A stretch of 64,000 bases of DNA from Thermodesulfobacteriota bacterium (GCA_040758155.1 JBFLWB010000144.1:5481-69480), one strand, 5' to 3'. Shown: positions 44,337 through 54,493, counted from the stretch's first letter. Notes: a model not told the origin generated them from the letters alone. Numbers and translations are program-made.

Positions 44337-46802
44337 ATGGCCAGAATCCTGCCCCCCGAAGAGATCCACGCCCCCTGCGACCCGTCCCGTTTCCGCTTCA
44401 AGACGACGAAGGACCTTCCCCCGCTGGCGCGTTTCGTCGGCCAGGAGCGCGCCCTCGGCGCGATCGACTTCGGGCTGAACATGCGCAGCCTCGGCTTCAA
44501 CATCTATGCCCTGGGGGAGAACGGCACGGGAAAGACCTCCGCCGTGCGCCAGTTCATCGCGGAGAAGGCGAAGGCGGAGCCCGTCCCCCGGGACTGGGTA
44601 TACGTCTACAACTTCCGCGATACCGCGGAGCCGGTCGCCATTTCCCTCGCTCCGGGGCGCGGCATCGATTTCCAGCAGGACATGGCGGAGCTGGTGGGGT
44701 ACCTGCGGGTGACGATCCCGAAGGTCTTCGACTCGAAGGAATACGATCAGCAGAAGAGCCGGATCGTCGAGGAGTTCCAGAACATGCAGAAGGAGCTCTT
44801 CGGCGCGTTCGAGGAGCAGGCCGAGGGGTGGGGATTCAAGGTGCACCGCGCGGTCAACGGCTACAACATCGTCGCGGTGAACGCGCAGGGGGAACCGATC
44901 AAGGAGGAGGAGTACGAGACCTTCGACGAGCAGAGAAAGAACGACATGCGGGTGCACGGGAAGCAGATCCAGGAGCGCCTGGAGGACGTCGTCCGCGTAA
45001 TGAAGGAGGAGGACAAGAAGACCAAGAGGGCTCTGGCCGACCTCGAGCGGACCGCGGCGCTTTCCGTGCTGGGGCGCGGCATAGAGGACATGCGGCGGAA
45101 GCACGAAGACAACGAGAAGGTGAAGCTGTACCTCGACGAGGTGCGGGAGGACGTCCTGACGAATCTCGACGATTTCAAGGGGGGCGGCGAGCCGCAGCCG
45201 CCTCCGCAGATGCCGTTCCTCAAGATCCCGAAGCCGGAACCAGATTTCCAGCGCTACTCGGTGAACGTGATCGTGAACAACCTGGGAGCGGAAGGGGCCC
45301 CCGTCGTGTTCGAGAGCAACCCGACCTACTTCAACCTCTTCGGACGGGTGGAGCACAAGCTGCAGATGGGGGCGGCCGTCACCGATTTCACCATGATCCG
45401 CGGAGGGGCGCTCCACAAGGCGAACGGCGGCTTCCTGGTCCTCCAGGCGATCGACCTGCTCCGGAACATGTTCTCCTACGACGCCCTGAAGCGGGCCGTG
45501 CGGCAGGAGGAGGTCCGCATCGAGGACGTGGCGGAGCAGTACCGCCTCGTGTCCACAGCGGTGCTGAAGCCGGAGCCGATTCCTTTGAAGGTGAAGATCG
45601 TCCTGATCGGCAACCCGGAGCTTTACTACATGCTGTACAACCTCGACGAGGATTACCGCGAACTTTTCAAGGTGAAGGCGGACTTCGACCACCGGATCGA
45701 GCGGACGGACGACACCATGGATCATTACGCCCGGTTCGTGGCGACCAAGACGCAGGAGGAGGGGCTGCTCCCGTTCGACCCGGACGGCGTGGCGAAGGTG
45801 GTCGATTTCGGCGTCCGGCTGGCGGAGGACCAGGAGAAGCTTTCCACGAAATTCAGCGACATCTCCAACCTGCTGCGGGAGGCGCACTACTGGGCGTCGA
45901 AGGAGAAGGCCGACGCGGTCTCCGGATCCCACGTGAAGAAGGCGCTCCGGGCGAAGATCCACCGGAACAGCCTGGTCGAGGACCGGATGCGGGACCTGAC
46001 CGCCGAGGGGTCCTTCATCGTCGAGACCGGCGGAGAGCTCGCGGGACAGGTGAACGGGCTTGCCGTCTACGACGCGGGCGACCACAGCTTCGGGAAGGCG
46101 TCCCGAATCACCGCGACGGTGTACGTCGGCAGGGGCGGGGTCCTGAACATCGAGCGCCAGACGAAGATGTCGGGGAAGATCCACGAAAAGGCGGTCCTCA
46201 TCCTTTCGAACTGGCTCGGACGGATGTTCGCTGCGCGGGCGCCGATCAGCCTCACCGCGTCGCTGACGTTCGAGCAGCTCTACGGGATGATCGAGGGCGA
46301 CTCCGCGACCTGCGCGGAGCTCTACGCGCTGCTGTCGGCCATCTCCGGAGCGCCGATACGGCAGGGGATCGCGATCACCGGGTCGATGGACCAGAACGGC
46401 ACCGTGCAGCCCATCGGAGGGGTCAACCAGAAGATCGAGGGGTTCTTCGACCTGTGCGCGCTGCGCGGGCTCGACGGCTCCCACGGCGTCATCATCCCGA
46501 GCCGGAACCGGCGGAATCTGATGCTGAAGGAAGAGGTCGTGGAGGCGGTCCGCTCCGGGAAGTTCCGCATCCACGAGATCGACCGGATCGAGGAGGGGAT
46601 CCCGATCCTGACGGGGCTTCCGGCGGGGGAGGCGGGTGCGGACGGAGCGTATCCCGAGGGCACCTTCTACCGGAAGGTCGCCGACCGGCTGGACGCGCTG
46701 CGCAAGGCGGCGAAGGGTGCGGAGGGGGAGAAGGAGAAGGAGAGCGGGGAGGACGACGGGGGCGGGTGCGGGTCCTGCGGGGTCACCGGCCCGCCAGCGT
46801 GA
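44337..46802 (+). CDS. Lon-like (S16) protease with N-terminal P-loop NTPase-like domain
   Basis: P-loop GENGTGKTSAVRQF. The C-terminal Lon proteolytic domain carries a Ser-Lys dyad (GDSATCAELYALLSA ... GVNQKIEGF). The tail is Cys-rich (GGGCGSCG). Confidence 0.8.
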   Translation: MARILPPEEIHAPCDPSRFRFKTTKDLPPLARFVGQERALGAIDFGLNMRSLGFNIYALGENGTGKTSAVRQFIAEKAKAEPVPRDWVYVYNFRDTAEPVAISLAPGRGIDFQQDMAELVGYLRVTIPKVFDSKEYDQQKSRIVEEFQNMQKELFGAFEEQAEGWGFKVHRAVNGYNIVAVNAQGEPIKEEEYETFDEQRKNDMRVHGKQIQERLEDVVRVMKEEDKKTKRALADLERTAALSVLGRGIEDMRRKHEDNEKVKLYLDEVREDVLTNLDDFKGGGEPQPPPQMPFLKIPKPEPDFQRYSVNVIVNNLGAEGAPVVFESNPTYFNLFGRVEHKLQMGAAVTDFTMIRGGALHKANGGFLVLQAIDLLRNMFSYDALKRAVRQEEVRIEDVAEQYRLVSTAVLKPEPIPLKVKIVLIGNPELYYMLYNLDEDYRELFKVKADFDHRIERTDDTMDHYARFVATKTQEEGLLPFDPDGVAKVVDFGVRLAEDQEKLSTKFSDISNLLREAHYWASKEKADAVSGSHVKKALRAKIHRNSLVEDRMRDLTAEGSFIVETGGELAGQVNGLAVYDAGDHSFGKASRITATVYVGRGGVLNIERQTKMSGKIHEKAVLILSNWLGRMFAARAPISLTASLTFEQLYGMIEGDSATCAELYALLSAISGAPIRQGIAITGSMDQNGTVQPIGGVNQKIEGFFDLCALRGLDGSHGVIIPSRNRRNLMLKEEVVEAVRSGKFRIHEIDRIEEGIPILTGLPAGEAGADGAYPEGTFYRKVADRLDALRKAAKGAEGEKEKESGEDDGGGCGSCGVTGPPA

Positions 46803-47670
46803 CCCCCGCGAGGATCAGCGCGATGCCCGCCATGTGGAAATGGCGGAACGTCTCGCCGAGGAGGAGCACCGCCAGCAGCGAGCCGAACGCCGGCATCAGG
46901 TGGAGGAACGCCCCGGCGCGGTTCGCCCCCAGCTCCTCCACCGCCTGGTTCCAGAAGACGTAGGCCGCCAGCGACGCCAGGAGCGCGAGGTAGAGCAGGC
47001 TCCCGGCCGTGGGGGCGTCGAACGCGATCCGCAATCCCCTGGAGATCTCCCATGCGTACAGGGGGGCCAGGCACGCCACGCCGACCCCCATAAGGACGGT
47101 CAGCAGCGCCAGCGGGTGGAGCCCCTCCGGCCGCCGCTTCAGCAATATCGTGTAGAACGCCCAGCAGAAGACCGCCGTCAGCACCCAGAGGTCGCCCCGG
47201 TTGAACGACAGCGAGAGAAGCGTGTCGAGGGAGCCGCGGGAGACGATCGTCGCCACGCCGAGCAGGGAGACGGCGATCCCGACGCACTGCCGGGAGGTCG
47301 CCATCTGGCTGCGGAGGACGAAGGAGATCGCAAGGATGAAGGCGGGACACGCCGAGTTCAGCAGGATCGCGTTCGTGGCGGTCGTCTCGTGGAGGCCGAT
47401 GTAGACCAGCGTGTTGAACGAGCCGATCCCCAAGATGCCGAGCGGCAGCACCGTCCTCCACGACCGGAGGATCTCCGGGAACCTCTCTTTTAGATGCGGC
47501 CAGGAGAAGGGGAGCAGCACCGCCAGCGCCAGCGCCCAGCGCCAGAAGGCCATGCCGATCGGCGGGATGCGCGCGCTGACCGCCCGGCCGAGTACGAAGT
47601 TCCCGGACCAGAAGAGGGTGGCCAGGACGAGGAGAAGGGCGGGGTGGGCCGGGACGTGTCGCGGTCGCAA
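46783..47670 (-). CDS. DMT superfamily (EamA-like) transporter
   Basis: Ten predicted TM helices with two EamA repeats. The last 20 nt overlap convergently with the Lon-like gene. Confidence 0.75.
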   Translation of the reverse strand: MRPRHVPAHPALLLVLATLFWSGNFVLGRAVSARIPPIGMAFWRWALALAVLLPFSWPHLKERFPEILRSWRTVLPLGILGIGSFNTLVYIGLHETTATNAILLNSACPAFILAISFVLRSQMATSRQCVGIAVSLLGVATIVSRGSLDTLLSLSFNRGDLWVLTAVFCWAFYTILLKRRPEGLHPLALLTVLMGVGVACLAPLYAWEISRGLRIAFDAPTAGSLLYLALLASLAAYVFWNQAVEELGANRAGAFLHLMPAFGSLLAVLLLGETFRHFHMAGIALILAGVTLAGR

Positions 47671-47700
47671 GGCGCGGCCCTCCCCCGGGATGCGTCGGGC

Positions 47701-49074
47701 CTACTTCCGGAAGGCCCGCGCGGGAGCGGAGGCGTCCCGGTGCTGGGTCTTCCTGCCGCCGGAGCCGGCGGTCGGACGGGCTTCCTCCTCCGTGTGCCTC
47801 GAGGCGCGGGAAGGGGGGCTCCCCCCCGGCGCGGAGCGCATCGACGAGAGGAATGACGCGTCTACGGTGATCATGTAGGGGCGGTGCCGCGGCTCCATGC
47901 GTCCCGTCTCGAGCACGGTCGGAGGGCCCGCCTTCGCCGGGGAGGCGAACGGGTGCTCCGTCGCGACCGTGAGGTGCTTCCGGATCAGCCGCTCGATCTC
48001 CGCCAGCAGCGGCCGCTCCTCGAAGGCGCAGAAGGACACCGCGATGCCCGACAGGCCGGCGCGGCCGGTGCGCCCGATGCGGTGCACGTACGCCTCCGGC
48101 TCGTTGGGCAGGTCGTAGTTGAAGACGTGGGACAGCTCGACGATGTCCAGCCCCCTGGCGGCGATGTCCGTGGCCACCAGGACCCGGATCGTCCCCTTCT
48201 TGAAGGCCGAGAGCGCCCGCTCCCGGGCCCCCTGGGACTTGTCGCCGTGGATCGCCTCGGTCCGGATGTCCGCGCGGCTCAGGATCCGCTCCACGCGGTC
48301 GGCGCCGTGGCGCGTCCGGGTGAACACCAGGGCGTTCTTGACGGCGTCGTCGGAGAGGAGGTGCTTCAGAAGCGCCGCCTTCTCCGCCTTCTCCACGTAA
48401 TACAGGAAATGGTCGACCGCCTCCGCCGGCGCGGAGGCCGGGGCCACGGAGACGCGCACCGGGTCGCGCAGGATCGTGTCCGCGAGCCGCGCGATGTCGT
48501 ACGGGATCGTGGCGGAGAACAGCAGCGTCTGGCGCACGTCCGGGAGCTTCGAGATCACCCGGCGGATGTCGGGGAGGAAGCCCATGTCGAGCATCCGGTC
48601 CGCCTCGTCGAGGACGAAAATCTCCACCGCGGACAGGTCGATGAGCTTCTGGTTCATGAGGTCGAGGAGCCGCCCCGGCGTGGCGATCAGGACGTCCACC
48701 CCCTTGCCGAGCGCCTGCTCCTGCGGCCGCTGGCTCACGCCGCCGTAGACGGTCGTGTGGCGCAGGCCGGTGTGGACGGCGTAGTCGCGGAAGCTTTCGC
48801 CGATCTGCACGGCCAGCTCCCGCGTGGGGGTGAGGACCAGGGAGCGGATCGGGCGCCGTCCACGCTTCGGGCGGCCCGCAGCGGAGAGGCGCTGGAGGAT
48901 GGGCAGCGCGAACGCCGCCGTCTTCCCGGTGCCCGTCTGGGCCGATCCGAGGATGTCGCGCCCTTCCAGCACGTGGGGGATCGCCTGCTCCTGGATGGGG
49001 GTCGGTGTGGTGTAGTTCATCGCCTGCACGGCCCGGAGGATCTCCGGGGATAAGCCGAAATCGCGAAAATGCAT
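47701..49074 (-). CDS. DEAD-box ATP-dependent RNA helicase (RhlE-like)
   Basis: Q-motif TPTPIQ, Walker [16 protein letters not shown] and [10 protein letters not shown]. Confidence 0.9.
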   Translation of the reverse strand: MHFRDFGLSPEILRAVQAMNYTTPTPIQEQAIPHVLEGRDILGSAQTGTGKTAAFALPILQRLSAAGRPKRGRRPIRSLVLTPTRELAVQIGESFRDYAVHTGLRHTTVYGGVSQRPQEQALGKGVDVLIATPGRLLDLMNQKLIDLSAVEIFVLDEADRMLDMGFLPDIRRVISKLPDVRQTLLFSATIPYDIARLADTILRDPVRVSVAPASAPAEAVDHFLYYVEKAEKAALLKHLLSDDAVKNALVFTRTRHGADRVERILSRADIRTEAIHGDKSQGARERALSAFKKGTIRVLVATDIAARGLDIVELSHVFNYDLPNEPEAYVHRIGRTGRAGLSGIAVSFCAFEERPLLAEIERLIRKHLTVATEHPFASPAKAGPPTVLETGRMEPRHRPYMITVDASFLSSMRSAPGGSPPSRASRHTEEEARPTAGSGGRKTQHRDASAPARAFRK

Positions 49075-49242
49075 GTTCTTGTTCGTTCTCCTTGGAAGTT
49101 CGGTTCTATGTTGACGGTTGAAGTACGACGAACGTTTCAGGCGTGGATCATCCGCTGGGACGGGGATGCCGGGAAAATGGATGATCGGGGGCGCGCAAGC
49201 TGGACGTAAATTATCACACAGGCTCCCGATCTGGCAAGCCGT

Positions 49243-49740
49243 CTATAGATCCGACAGGTCGTCTACCCTGCGTTCCCCGTCCCGCAGCCATACGAACGTC
49301 CCCTTGTCCCGCTTTCCGGAGTCGGGAAAGGAGAAGGCCGCAACGCCCCCTTTCGGCATGGCGAATCCGCCCGGCCGGCCGAGCAGCCGGGCGACGATCC
49401 GTCCGATGTCCGGCTCGTGGCCGACGAGCGCGATTTCCGTCTCCCCGGGAAAGGAGAGCAGGATCTCGTTCATCTTCTCGAGGTCGAATCCCGGACCCAG
49501 GAGGAGGGATGACGACACCTCGCCCTCGTATTCCAGCCGCTCCGCGAGGATGTCCGCCGTCTGCAAGGCGCGGACGAGCGGGCTCGAAAGGATCAGGGAG
49601 GGGCGGACGCCGTCGTCCATCAGGCGCCGGGCCGTTTCGCGAAAGGAGGCGCGCCCGTCGGCCGAAAGGTGGCGGGAGGCATCCGGAAGGACCGGCGCGG
49701 CGGGGATCGCATCGGCGTGGCGCACCAGGTAGACCTTCAT
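49243..49740 (-). CDS. sixA: Phosphohistidine phosphatase SixA (histidine phosphatase superfamily)
   Basis: The VYLVRHADA (RHG motif) N-terminus and a length of about 165 aa. The start overlaps the trxB stop. Confidence 0.75.
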   Translation of the reverse strand: MKVYLVRHADAIPAAPVLPDASRHLSADGRASFRETARRLMDDGVRPSLILSSPLVRALQTADILAERLEYEGEVSSSLLLGPGFDLEKMNEILLSFPGETEIALVGHEPDIGRIVARLLGRPGGFAMPKGGVAAFSFPDSGKRDKGTFVWLRDGERRVDDLSDL

Positions 49741-50663
49741 CTTCCCTCCGCTTCGAGGAAGCGTTCCGCGTCGATCGCCGCGCGGCACCCCGCCCCGGCC
49801 GCGGTGACCGCCTGGCGGTACGTCTTGTCGTGCACGTCTCCGGCGCCGAACACCCCTTCGACGCTCGTTCGGGAGCCGCCCCGCAGTACGAGGTAGCCGT
49901 GGTCGAGCTCGATCTGCCCCTCGAAGACCTTCGTGTTCGGATCGTGCCCGATGGCGACGAAGACTCCATCCACCTTCCTCGTCGTTTCGGAGCCGTCCTT
50001 AACGTTCTTCAGCCGGACGCCGGTGACTTCGTTCGCGGCCGGATCGAGGATCTCCGTGACGACGGTGTCGAGGACGAATTCGATCTTCGGGTTGTTCCGG
50101 GCGCGGTCCACCATGATTTTGGAGGCGCGGAACTGGTCGCGCCGGTGGATCAGGGTCACTTTCGAAGCGAACCGCGTCAGGAAGGTCGCCTCCTCGAGGG
50201 CCGTGTCTCCGCCGCCGACGACCGCGACCTCGCGGTTCCGGAAGAAGGCGCCGTCGCAGGTGGCGCAGGTCGAGACGCCGCGCCCCATCAGCTTCCTTTC
50301 CGAATCCAGCCCGAGCATCCGGGCCGATGCGCCCGTGGCGACGATCAGGGTACGGGCCTTGTACTCGTCTTCCTCGGTCCGGACGGTGAAGGGACGGTTC
50401 GAAAGATCCACGGATACGACGGTCTCGGTCCTGTATTCCGCGCCGAACCGTTCGGCCTGCTTCTTCATGACCTCGACGAGCTCCGGACCCTGGATCCCGT
50501 CCGGGAATCCCGGGAAATTCTCGACGTCTGTGGTGAGGGTGAGCTGCCCTCCGGGCTCTCGTCCTTCGAGGACGAGGGGAGACAGGTTGGCGCGGGCGGT
50601 GTAGATCGCAGCCGTGGAGCCGGCGCAGCCGGATCCCAGGATGATCACGTCTCGGACCATGGA
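49737..50663 (-). CDS. trxB: Thioredoxin-disulfide reductase (TrxB)
   Basis: FAD motif [14 protein letters not shown], redox-active CATCDG and the NADPH motif [14 protein letters not shown]. Confidence 0.9.
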   Translation of the reverse strand, partial: SMVRDVIILGSGCAGSTAAIYTARANLSPLVLEGREPGGQLTLTTDVENFPGFPDGIQGPELVEVMKKQAERFGAEYRTETVVSVDLSNRPFTVRTEEDEYKARTLIVATGASARMLGLDSERKLMGRGVSTCATCDGAFFRNREVAVVGGGDTALEEATFLTRFASKVTLIHRRDQFRASKIMVDRARNNPKIEFVLDTVVTEILDPAANEVTGVRLKNVKDGSETTRKVDGVFVAIGHDPNTKVFEGQIELDHGYLVLRGGSRTSVEGVFGAGDVHDKTYRQAVTAAGAGCRAAIDAERFLEAEGR

Positions 50664-50703
50664 ATACCTCCGGAACGATCTGGAAGGGTACGATTCAAGG
50701 TAC

Positions 50704-50783
50704 CGCGAAATCGTTTCCCGCGGCGATATTTCCATGCAAGAATATATCTCGTTAGTCTTTCCGGACAATATCGTTTCGCGAAA
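50704..50783. promoter_or_regulatory. Palindromic candidate operator sites in the divergent trxB/bfr intergenic region
   Basis: CGCGAAATCGTTTCCCGCG (50704..50722) and the perfect palindrome TTTCGCGAAA (50774..50783, directly upstream of the bfr AGGAGG ribosome-binding site) share a TCGTTTC/CGCGAAA half-site. Confidence 0.3.
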
Positions 50784-50797
50784 GGAGGCATCAACCG

Positions 50798-51229
50798 ATG
50801 TGCGCGCAGAAAGCCTCGAAGGAGCTGCTTGACCTTCTGAACCAGGCCATCGCCAGGGAGATCCAGGTCTCCGTCCAGTACATGTGGCAGCACGTACTAT
50901 GGAAGGGGGCCGACGGATACGCCGTGAAGGACGTGTTCAAGAAATTCGCGATCACCGAGATGAAGCACGCCGAGGCGTTCGCGGAGCGGCTGGCATATCT
51001 CGGCGGCATCCCCACCACGAAGCCCGAGCCGATCTTCGTCGGGTCGACGCTCAAGGAGATGCTGGACCGGGACAAGAAGGACGAGGAAGGGGCGATCGCC
51101 CTGTACCGGAAGGGCATCGAGCTCGCCGGGAAAGAAGGGGACGAAACCACCAAGGGGCTTTTCCGGGCGATCCTTGCGGACGAGGAGGAGCACCACGACG
51201 TGTTCAGTTCGCTGCTCGAAAAAGATTAA
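50798..51229 (+). CDS. bfr: Bacterioferritin-like ferritin-domain protein
   Basis: Di-iron ligand pattern ([10 protein letters not shown] ... EMKHAEAF ... EEEHHD), collinear with Bfr. Confidence 0.75.
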   Translation: MCAQKASKELLDLLNQAIAREIQVSVQYMWQHVLWKGADGYAVKDVFKKFAITEMKHAEAFAERLAYLGGIPTTKPEPIFVGSTLKEMLDRDKKDEEGAIALYRKGIELAGKEGDETTKGLFRAILADEEEHHDVFSSLLEKD

Positions 51230-52349
51230 AGGTAAAGGGCGGATAACGAAACCGGATGTCGGGCGGGCCGGCCGGTTCCCGGCGGCCCGCTTTTCCGCCT
51301 CCCTCCTGCGATGGTTCCGCAAGGCAGCCCGCAAGATGGAGTGGCGCGAGACCTCGGACCCATACCGGATATGGGTCTCGGAGATCATGCTGCAGCAGAC
51401 CCGTGCGGATACCGTCGCCGGATACTACTCCCGATTCCTCGCGCGCTTTCCCGATGTGAAGTCGCTTGCCTCCGCGAAAGTGGACGATGTTCTCTCCGCG
51501 TGGGAGGGGCTCGGGTACTACGCCCGGGCGAGGAACCTGCACAAGGCGGCCGGAATCGTCGCCGGGCGCTTCGGGGGTACGCTTCCCGCCGCGGCGGAGG
51601 TGCTCGCATCCCTTCCCGGAATCGGGCGGTCTACGGCGGGGGCGATCGCGTCCATCGCGTTCGGCCGGGACGAGCCGATCCTCGACGCCAACGTGCGGAG
51701 GGTCGTCGCGCGCCTGTTCGCTGTTCGGGGGAGCCTCCGGACAGCCTCCGCGGAAAAATGGCTGTGGCGGTATTCCTCCTCCCTGATTGCGAAGGGAAAA
51801 GGGCGGGAAACGGCGCTGGCGCTGATGGACCTTGGCGCCGGGGTGTGCCTGCCCGCGTCCCCCCGCTGTCCCGTCTGCCCCGTGCGCGCGTTCTGCGCGG
51901 CCTTCCGGGACGGGATCCAGGGAGAGATCCCCTCCCGGCCGCCCCGTCGCGCCGTTCCACACCACGACATCGTCGCCGCGCTGATCCGCAGGGACGGCGG
52001 ATATTTTCTGCTTCGAAGGCCGGAGGACGGCCTCCTGGGAGGGCTTTGGTCCTTCCCGTCCGGGAGACGGCTTCCCGGGGAGTCGCTCGAGGCCGCTCTC
52101 CGGCGTGCGATCCGGGAAAAGCTCGGCCTGCGGATTGCGATTCAAGGGGAGGCGGGGACCGTTCGGCACGCCTATTCCCATTTCCGCATCACACTGCACG
52201 GTTTCTTCTGCACGGTGATCCGCGGAAAATTGCCTTCCGGAGAAGGGACCTGCTGGCTCGCCCAGGGGTCGGCGAGCGGACCCGCGATGCCGGCAGCGGA
52301 TCGGAAGCTGATGGAAAGTAGGTGTACACCCCGGGACGGTCGGCTGTAA
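51174..52349 (+). CDS. mutY: A/G-specific adenine DNA glycosylase MutY (HhH-GPD + [4Fe-4S] + NUDIX-like C-terminus); start codon uncertain
   Basis: DPYRIWVSEIMLQQTRADTV, the HhH motif LPGIGRSTAGAIASIAF, Cys cluster CLPASPRCPVCPVRAFC and a C-terminal MutT-like domain. The ORF caller starts at TTG 51174, overlapping bfr by 56 nt. The first in-frame ATG is at 51336. Confidence 0.8.
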   Translation: MRTRRSTTTCSVRCSKKIKGKGRITKPDVGRAGRFPAARFSASLLRWFRKAARKMEWRETSDPYRIWVSEIMLQQTRADTVAGYYSRFLARFPDVKSLASAKVDDVLSAWEGLGYYARARNLHKAAGIVAGRFGGTLPAAAEVLASLPGIGRSTAGAIASIAFGRDEPILDANVRRVVARLFAVRGSLRTASAEKWLWRYSSSLIAKGKGRETALALMDLGAGVCLPASPRCPVCPVRAFCAAFRDGIQGEIPSRPPRRAVPHHDIVAALIRRDGGYFLLRRPEDGLLGGLWSFPSGRRLPGESLEAALRRAIREKLGLRIAIQGEAGTVRHAYSHFRITLHGFFCTVIRGKLPSGEGTCWLAQGSASGPAMPAADRKLMESRCTPRDGRL

Positions 52350-52369
52350 AATGTGCCGGGTTCATGTCT

Positions 52370-52417
52370 GTCCCGGTTCTGCGCTTGTTCTGCGCTTTGC
52401 AGGAACGTCCCGGTTCT
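52370..52417. repeat. Short direct repeats upstream of the liv-type operon (GTCCCGGTTCT x2; GTTCTGCGCT x2)
   Basis: Read directly from the sequence, 13-60 nt upstream of the substrate-binding-protein ATG. Confidence 0.5.
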
Positions 52418-52429
52418 TATGGAGGCACC

Positions 52430-53578
52430 ATGAAGCGCCATATCGCCATGCTTGCGGTCGTATTCCTCGGGAGTTGCCTCGTCCTCGCAGCGGCGGGGCC
52501 CGCCCTCGCCAAGGACATCAAGATCGGGCTGATCACTCCGCTCTCGGGCGACGTGAAGACCTACGGGGAATCGGTGAAAAACTCCTTCCTCATCGCCGTC
52601 GAGGAGGCCAACGCGAAGGGCGGCGTGGCCGGCATGAAAGTCGTTTATATCATCCAGGACGACAAGAACGACCCCACGGAGGCCGCGAACGTGGCGAACC
52701 TCCTGGTGAACCAGCACCGCGTCAGGGCGATCGTCGGGGCGGTCACCTCCAAGGCGAGCATCCCGGTCTCCGACATCGTCCAGGCCGCGCGGATCCCGGC
52801 GCTCACGCCGACGGGGACGAACCCGAAGATCACGGTGGCGGACGGGAAGCGGAAGGGCTACATGTTCCGGAGCTGCTTCATCGACCCGTTCCAGGGTACG
52901 GTGATGGCCCGGTTCGCGCGCGAGACGCTGAAGAAATCCACCGCCGCCGTGCTGTACGACGCCTCGAACGACTACTCCAAGGGCACCGCCGAGGTCTTCC
53001 GCGAGAGCTTCCCCAAATTCGGCGGGAAGATCATCGCCTACGAGGCGTACGGGAAGGACGATGTGGATTTCTCGGCGCTCCTGACCAAGGTGAAGGCTTC
53101 CGGCGCGGAGGCGCTCTACCTTCCCGACTACTATGGAAAGGTGGGGCTGATCGCCAAGCAGGCGCGGGAGAAGGGGGTGAAGGCGCTGCTCATCGGGGTC
53201 GACGGGTGGGATTCCCCGGACCTCGTCAAGATCGCGGGCGACGCGATCGAGGGGGGGTATTTCGTCAACCATTACTCTCCGGACGACCCGCGGCCGGAGG
53301 TGGCGGCGTGGGTGAAGAAATATCGGGAGCGGCACGGGCAGCTCCCGGACGCGCTCGGGACCCTGGCGTACGACGGCACCAACCTGCTGTTCGAGGCGAT
53401 CCGCAAGGCGGGGAGCGACGACCCGCAGAAGATCCGGGACGCCCTTGCGTCGATCCGGGATTTCAAGGGGGTTACCGGGAAGATGATCCTCGACCGGAAC
53501 GGGGACGCCGTCAAGAGCGCCGCGATCCTGAAGATCGAGGGCGGCCGTCAGAAGTTCGTGAAGACCGTGAATCCGTAG
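52430..53578 (+). CDS. Branched-chain amino acid ABC transporter substrate-binding protein (LivJ/K family)
   Basis: A signal peptide is followed by the type I periplasmic-binding fold (IKIGLITPLSGDVKTYGES). Confidence 0.85.
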   Translation: MKRHIAMLAVVFLGSCLVLAAAGPALAKDIKIGLITPLSGDVKTYGESVKNSFLIAVEEANAKGGVAGMKVVYIIQDDKNDPTEAANVANLLVNQHRVRAIVGAVTSKASIPVSDIVQAARIPALTPTGTNPKITVADGKRKGYMFRSCFIDPFQGTVMARFARETLKKSTAAVLYDASNDYSKGTAEVFRESFPKFGGKIIAYEAYGKDDVDFSALLTKVKASGAEALYLPDYYGKVGLIAKQAREKGVKALLIGVDGWDSPDLVKIAGDAIEGGYFVNHYSPDDPRPEVAAWVKKYRERHGQLPDALGTLAYDGTNLLFEAIRKAGSDDPQKIRDALASIRDFKGVTGKMILDRNGDAVKSAAILKIEGGRQKFVKTVNP

Positions 53579-53608
53579 CTCTGTACGCCAGGCGGGCCGT
53601 CCGGCGCC

Positions 53609-54493
53609 ATGGAATATTTCCTGCAGCAGGCACTGAACGGGCTGCAGCTCGGGCTGGTGTACGCGCTGATCGCGCTCGGCTACACGATGGTGTACGGGAT
53701 CGTGCGGCTGATCAACTTCGCCCACGGCGACGTCTTCATGGTCGGGTCGTTCCTCGCGTTCTTCGCCATCGAACGGTACGGGCTGCCGCTCCCCGCCGTG
53801 TTCTGCGCCGCGGTCCTCGGCTGCGCCGCCCTGGCGATCGGGATCGAACGGGTGGCGTACCGGCCGTTGCGGAACGCGCCGAAGATCGCCTCCCTCATCA
53901 CCGCCATCGGCGTGTCGCTGTTCCTCGAGTACTTCACCGCCCTCCACCAGCTGTTCGGCCCCAATTTCCGGGCCTTCCCCCGGCCGTTCCGGATCGTGTC
54001 CGTGCAGGCGGGGGAGATCGCCTTCACCAACCTGCAGGGGATCATCCTGGCGGTGACCGTGGCGTGCCTGCTGGTCCTCCAGTACATCGTCTACCGGACC
54101 CGGGTGGGGCGCGGGATGCGCGCGGTCTCGTACGACGTCGTGACCGCGGGGCTCATGGGGGTGAACGTGGATGCGGTGATCTCCTTCACGTTCGGCCTCG
54201 GTGCGGCGCTCGCCGGCGTGGGAGGGGTCCTCTACGGGATCGCCTATCCGCAGATCCACACCTTCATGGGGATCATGCCGGGGCTCAAGGCCTTCACCGC
54301 CGCCGTCCTCGGCGGGATCGGCAGCATCCCGGGCGCGGTGCTGGGGGCGCTGATCATGGGGCAGTCGGAGACGATGACCGCCGCATACCTGTCCTCGACG
54401 TACCGCGACGGGATCGCCTTCCTCCTGCTCATCGGAGTGCTCCTCTGGAGACCCACGGGGATCCTCGGAAGCCCGCGGGCGGAGAAGGTCTGA
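53609..54493 (+). CDS. livH: Branched-chain amino acid ABC permease (LivH family)
   Basis: LivH-type polytopic permease (LVYALIALGYTMVYGI ... ). Confidence 0.85.
   Translation: MEYFLQQALNGLQLGLVYALIALGYTMVYGIVRLINFAHGDVFMVGSFLAFFAIERYGLPLPAVFCAAVLGCAALAIGIERVAYRPLRNAPKIASLITAIGVSLFLEYFTALHQLFGPNFRAFPRPFRIVSVQAGEIAFTNLQGIILAVTVACLLVLQYIVYRTRVGRGMRAVSYDVVTAGLMGVNVDAVISFTFGLGAALAGVGGVLYGIAYPQIHTFMGIMPGLKAFTAAVLGGIGSIPGAVLGALIMGQSETMTAAYLSSTYRDGIAFLLLIGVLLWRPTGILGSPRAEKV

Noticed and set aside
44337-46802. Possibility that the Lon-like protease is a BREX BrxL defence component
   Set aside because: No PglX, PglZ, BrxA, BrxB or BrxC, methyltransferase or other defence genes adjacent. Its neighbours are housekeeping genes.
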